Virus record (IMG/VR): IMGVR_UViG_3300010362_000101
Location: 1 to 25,222 of that record
DNA from: a virus
Taxonomy: Duplodnaviria; Caudoviricetes
Reading direction: 5' to 3' (one strand)
Length of the DNA stretch: 25,222 nt
Shown here: positions 24,780 to 25,222 of the stretch, piece after piece
Numbering within the stretch: position 1 is the stretch's first letter
How the letters are laid out: every line of letters starts with the position of its first letter
The notes under the pieces: model-generated
The model's input: only the letters and a program-made list of their open reading frames with translations
Told to the model about the DNA's origin: nothing
Databases searched by the model: none
Translations under genes and position numbers: made by a program

Positions 24780-25222
24780 GCGATCGCTTTCTGCAAGAGG
24801 TGCACCACCTCCACGACACGCGCGAGGCCGTGGCGCGGCTGTCGCCGATCGAGCGCCTGCGACTGGCCGATCAACTCGGCGACGGCATGGCGGACGAATG
24901 GGTGTTTTCCGCGCGGCAGGATCAGTTGCCGCCACGTCACCTCGATTGGTGCTGGCTAAACCTCGGCGGACGCGGCGCCGGCAAGACGCACTCCATGAGC
25001 GCCGCCGTGCACATCGCGGTGCGCGCCGGCATCAAGCGCATCCACCTCATCGGCCCGACCACCGCCGACTTGCATGACGTGAACCTGGAGGGACCCGCTG
25101 GCATCCTCGCCACCGGCGGCCGCGACTTTCGCCCGCGGTGGGTGCAAACCAAGCGCCGGCTCGAATGGCCGAACGGCGCCATGTGCGTGTTTTTCTCCGG
25201 CGAGGAGCCCGACTCGCTGCGC
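24776..25222 (+). CDS. terL: Terminase large subunit, RcGTA-like, 3'-truncated by the window edge; not in the ORF track
   Basis: ARQDQLPP...WLNLGGRGAGKT (Walker A)...EGPAGILA...RRLEWPNGA..VFFSGEEPDSLR. Confidence 0.92.
   Translation, partial: MSDRFLQEVHHLHDTREAVARLSPIERLRLADQLGDGMADEWVFSARQDQLPPRHLDWCWLNLGGRGAGKTHSMSAAVHIAVRAGIKRIHLIGPTTADLHDVNLEGPAGILATGGRDFRPRWVQTKRRLEWPNGAMCVFFSGEEPDSLR

Larger units (their letters stand above)
1..25222. mobile_element. Segment of a temperate myovirus-type phage with a Mu-like tail module and tRNA-Pro-targeting integrase
   Basis: Integrase, att core, lysis, tail and terminase genes are present, and no host housekeeping genes were seen. Confidence 0.9.

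Noticed and set aside
24776-25222. Gene transfer agent cluster
   Set aside because: TerL is RcGTA-like, but the context (contractile tail, integrase, attP) does not match the RcGTA head-tail cluster.

Overview
The window is about 25 kb of a GC-rich temperate tailed-phage genome. The host is probably alphaproteobacterial (Hyphomicrobiales-like); this is an inference. From left to right: (i) the end of a rightward operon with two small HTH/AlpA excisionase-like genes, converging on an intact P4-type tyrosine integrase; (ii) an att site whose core is the 3' half of tRNA-Pro(GGG), flanked on both sides by paired arm-type repeats (attP-like); (iii) four rightward accessory genes, including a signal-peptide protein resembling the head domain of one of the phage's own tail fibres; (iv) a long leftward late operon with two muralytic enzymes, small membrane proteins, two side fibres and a Mu-like contractile tail module (sheath, tube, frameshifting chaperone, tape measure, gp43-gp48-like baseplate); (v) a degenerate UvrD-like half-helicase; and (vi) divergently oriented terS, a small basic protein and the 5' part of an RcGTA-like terL. 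The most notable signals are strongly Cys-enriched sheath, tube and baseplate proteins (a possible disulfide-crosslinked tail), a central spike fused to a collagen fibre, a 21-bp CGGGTR-N8-TCACCCG box upstream of three late genes, a secreted paralogue of a tail-fibre head, and a candidate promoter/terminator-bounded small RNA with a C-rich loop (G4-like on the opposite strand). All family calls come from motif recognition by eye, not from database searches.
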